Origin: Archangium sp.
GTDB lineage: Bacteria > Myxococcota > Myxococcia > Myxococcales > Myxococcaceae
Reading direction: 5' to 3'
Length of the DNA stretch: 18,144 nt
Assembly (NCBI GenBank): GCA_031367385.1
Contig: JANLPS010000452.1
Span: 1-18,144 of the forward strand
Shown: positions 17,033 to 18,144 of the stretch, piece by piece
Layout: every line of letters starts with the position of its first letter
Position numbering within the stretch: the first letter of the stretch is position 1
Translations under genes and position numbers: made by a program
Notes under the pieces: generated by a model
The model's input: only the letters and a program-made list of their open reading frames with translations
What the model was told of the DNA's origin: nothing
Databases searched by the model: none

Positions 17033-18144
17033 ATGCCTCGTTCTGTGCAGGTTGGAAGCGTCGTTTCGTACAACTACAGCCTTCGAAACCAGGCCGGGCG
17101 CCTGATCGAGGACTGTGTCGGCTGGCCCTTTCAATACGTTCACACCAAGCGGCCGAAGGTCATCGCCGGCGTGGTCAAGGCGCTGCTCGGTCACCACGCC
17201 GGAGACACGCTCCACTTCGCCGTACCTCCTGAGGAGGCCTACGGCGCGTATGACCCCGAGGCGGTGCTCACCGTGCCGCGCAAGCCGGGCACCAAGACCA
17301 CCCTCGCGATCGGAGACGACGTGGCCTTCAACGACGGCCAGCGCGACGTGACTGCCCGGGTTCGAAAAATCACGCCCCGCGCCATCGAGCTCGATCTCAA
17401 TGACTCACTGGCCGGGCAAACGCTGCACTTCGACATCGACATCGTCTCGATTCGCGAAGCCACGCCGCGCGAAATGCGCACTGGCCAGGTGTTCGACCCC
17501 TTCGACGGCGCTGAACGTCGCTCCACCGAGGCGCTCGACCCGCGGCGCTTTCCTTTCGATTTGTTCAACGACCCGGCGCTCTACAAGAAGATGGGGCGCG
17601 CCATCGAGTCGGTGTTGCCGTACTCGATGTTCCCTCCGTACCCGTGGGGGCAGCGACTGTACGGGCGCTTGTTCGAGCAGCGATGCAAGGGGCTCGAGGG
17701 CGACGTGATCGAGCTCGGAGTCGGCCGCGGAGGCATGTCGCTGTACCTGGCTCAGCTCGCGCAAAAAGCTGGCAAGCGGGTCTTCAGCTACGACAGTTAT
17801 GAGGGGTTGCCCGAGGCTGATTCGAGCAAGGACAACCCCGGCTTTCGCGCCGGCGATTATCGGGGCTCCAGCGAAAAAGAAGATCTGTTGGCCCGGTTCG
17901 AGGCCGCCGCGAAGAAGCTCAAGGTCAGCAAAACGATCACCCCGGTCAAGGGCTTCTTCGAGCACACCGTGCCCAAGATGGCGAAGACGCAGCGCTTCTG
18001 TTTCGCGCACCTCGACAGCGACCTCTACGACTCGGTCTTCTTTTCGCTCGAGCAGATCTACGACCGGGTCGCCGATGGCGCCGTGATCGTCATCGACGAC
18101 TATTTTCACCACGCCCAGGGCCCGGCACGCGCAGTCTCCGATTT
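17033..18144 (+). CDS. SlyD/FKBP-type PPIase domain fused to a TylF/MycF/NovP-type O-methyltransferase (3' partial)
   Basis: Hand translation is stop-free to the window end. FKBP part: VVSYNYSLRNQAGRLIED, VPPEEAYGAYD, DLNDSLAGQTLHFDIDIVSIREAT. TylF part: GDVIELGVGRGG, YDSYEGLP, VKGFFEHT, FAHLDSDLYDS, VIDDY. Confidence 0.88.
   Translation, partial: MPRSVQVGSVVSYNYSLRNQAGRLIEDCVGWPFQYVHTKRPKVIAGVVKALLGHHAGDTLHFAVPPEEAYGAYDPEAVLTVPRKPGTKTTLAIGDDVAFNDGQRDVTARVRKITPRAIELDLNDSLAGQTLHFDIDIVSIREATPREMRTGQVFDPFDGAERRSTEALDPRRFPFDLFNDPALYKKMGRAIESVLPYSMFPPYPWGQRLYGRLFEQRCKGLEGDVIELGVGRGGMSLYLAQLAQKAGKRVFSYDSYEGLPEADSSKDNPGFRAGDYRGSSEKEDLLARFEAAAKKLKVSKTITPVKGFFEHTVPKMAKTQRFCFAHLDSDLYDSVFFSLEQIYDRVADGAVIVIDDYFHHAQGPARAVSD

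Noticed and set aside
16423..17232. Track ORFs 16423..16947 (-), 16722..17021 (+) and 16813..17232 (+)
   Set aside because: They overlap tfuA, the terminator, the precursor or the FKBP gene and have no recognisable features. The 34-aa precursor frame has an SD, codon bias and a leader motif.

Overview
GC-rich window that looks myxobacterial, judging by the PEGA-domain kinase, the FHA/sigma54 activator and the NG-repeat lipoprotein. The left part holds an NG(M/F)SA-repeat Cys-rich lipoprotein, a minus-strand degP / Ser-Thr pseudokinase / sigma54 enhancer-binding protein block, a secreted unknown protein, an agmatinase, a quinone oxidoreductase and pepP. The centre holds a frameshifted alpha/beta hydrolase, a membrane protein and accD-folC. 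The most interesting part is the right end (13.8-18.1 kb), a candidate new RiPP locus. An HExxH protein, a YcaO and a TfuA-like protein are coupled to folC. They converge on a 34-aa double-glycine precursor gene missing from the ORF track (16788..16892, minus strand; MSIKKVKPTLKLKNLADADLKKVVGG|KPSCHAAF), which has its own RBS and terminator. Divergent from the precursor is a SlyD/FKBP-TylF methyltransferase fusion, also missing from the track, that runs off the window. The TfuA appears to lack its Ser/Lys catalytic pair. Two single-base frameshifts in homopolymer runs may be assembly errors. All family calls are from motif recognition by eye; no searches were run.
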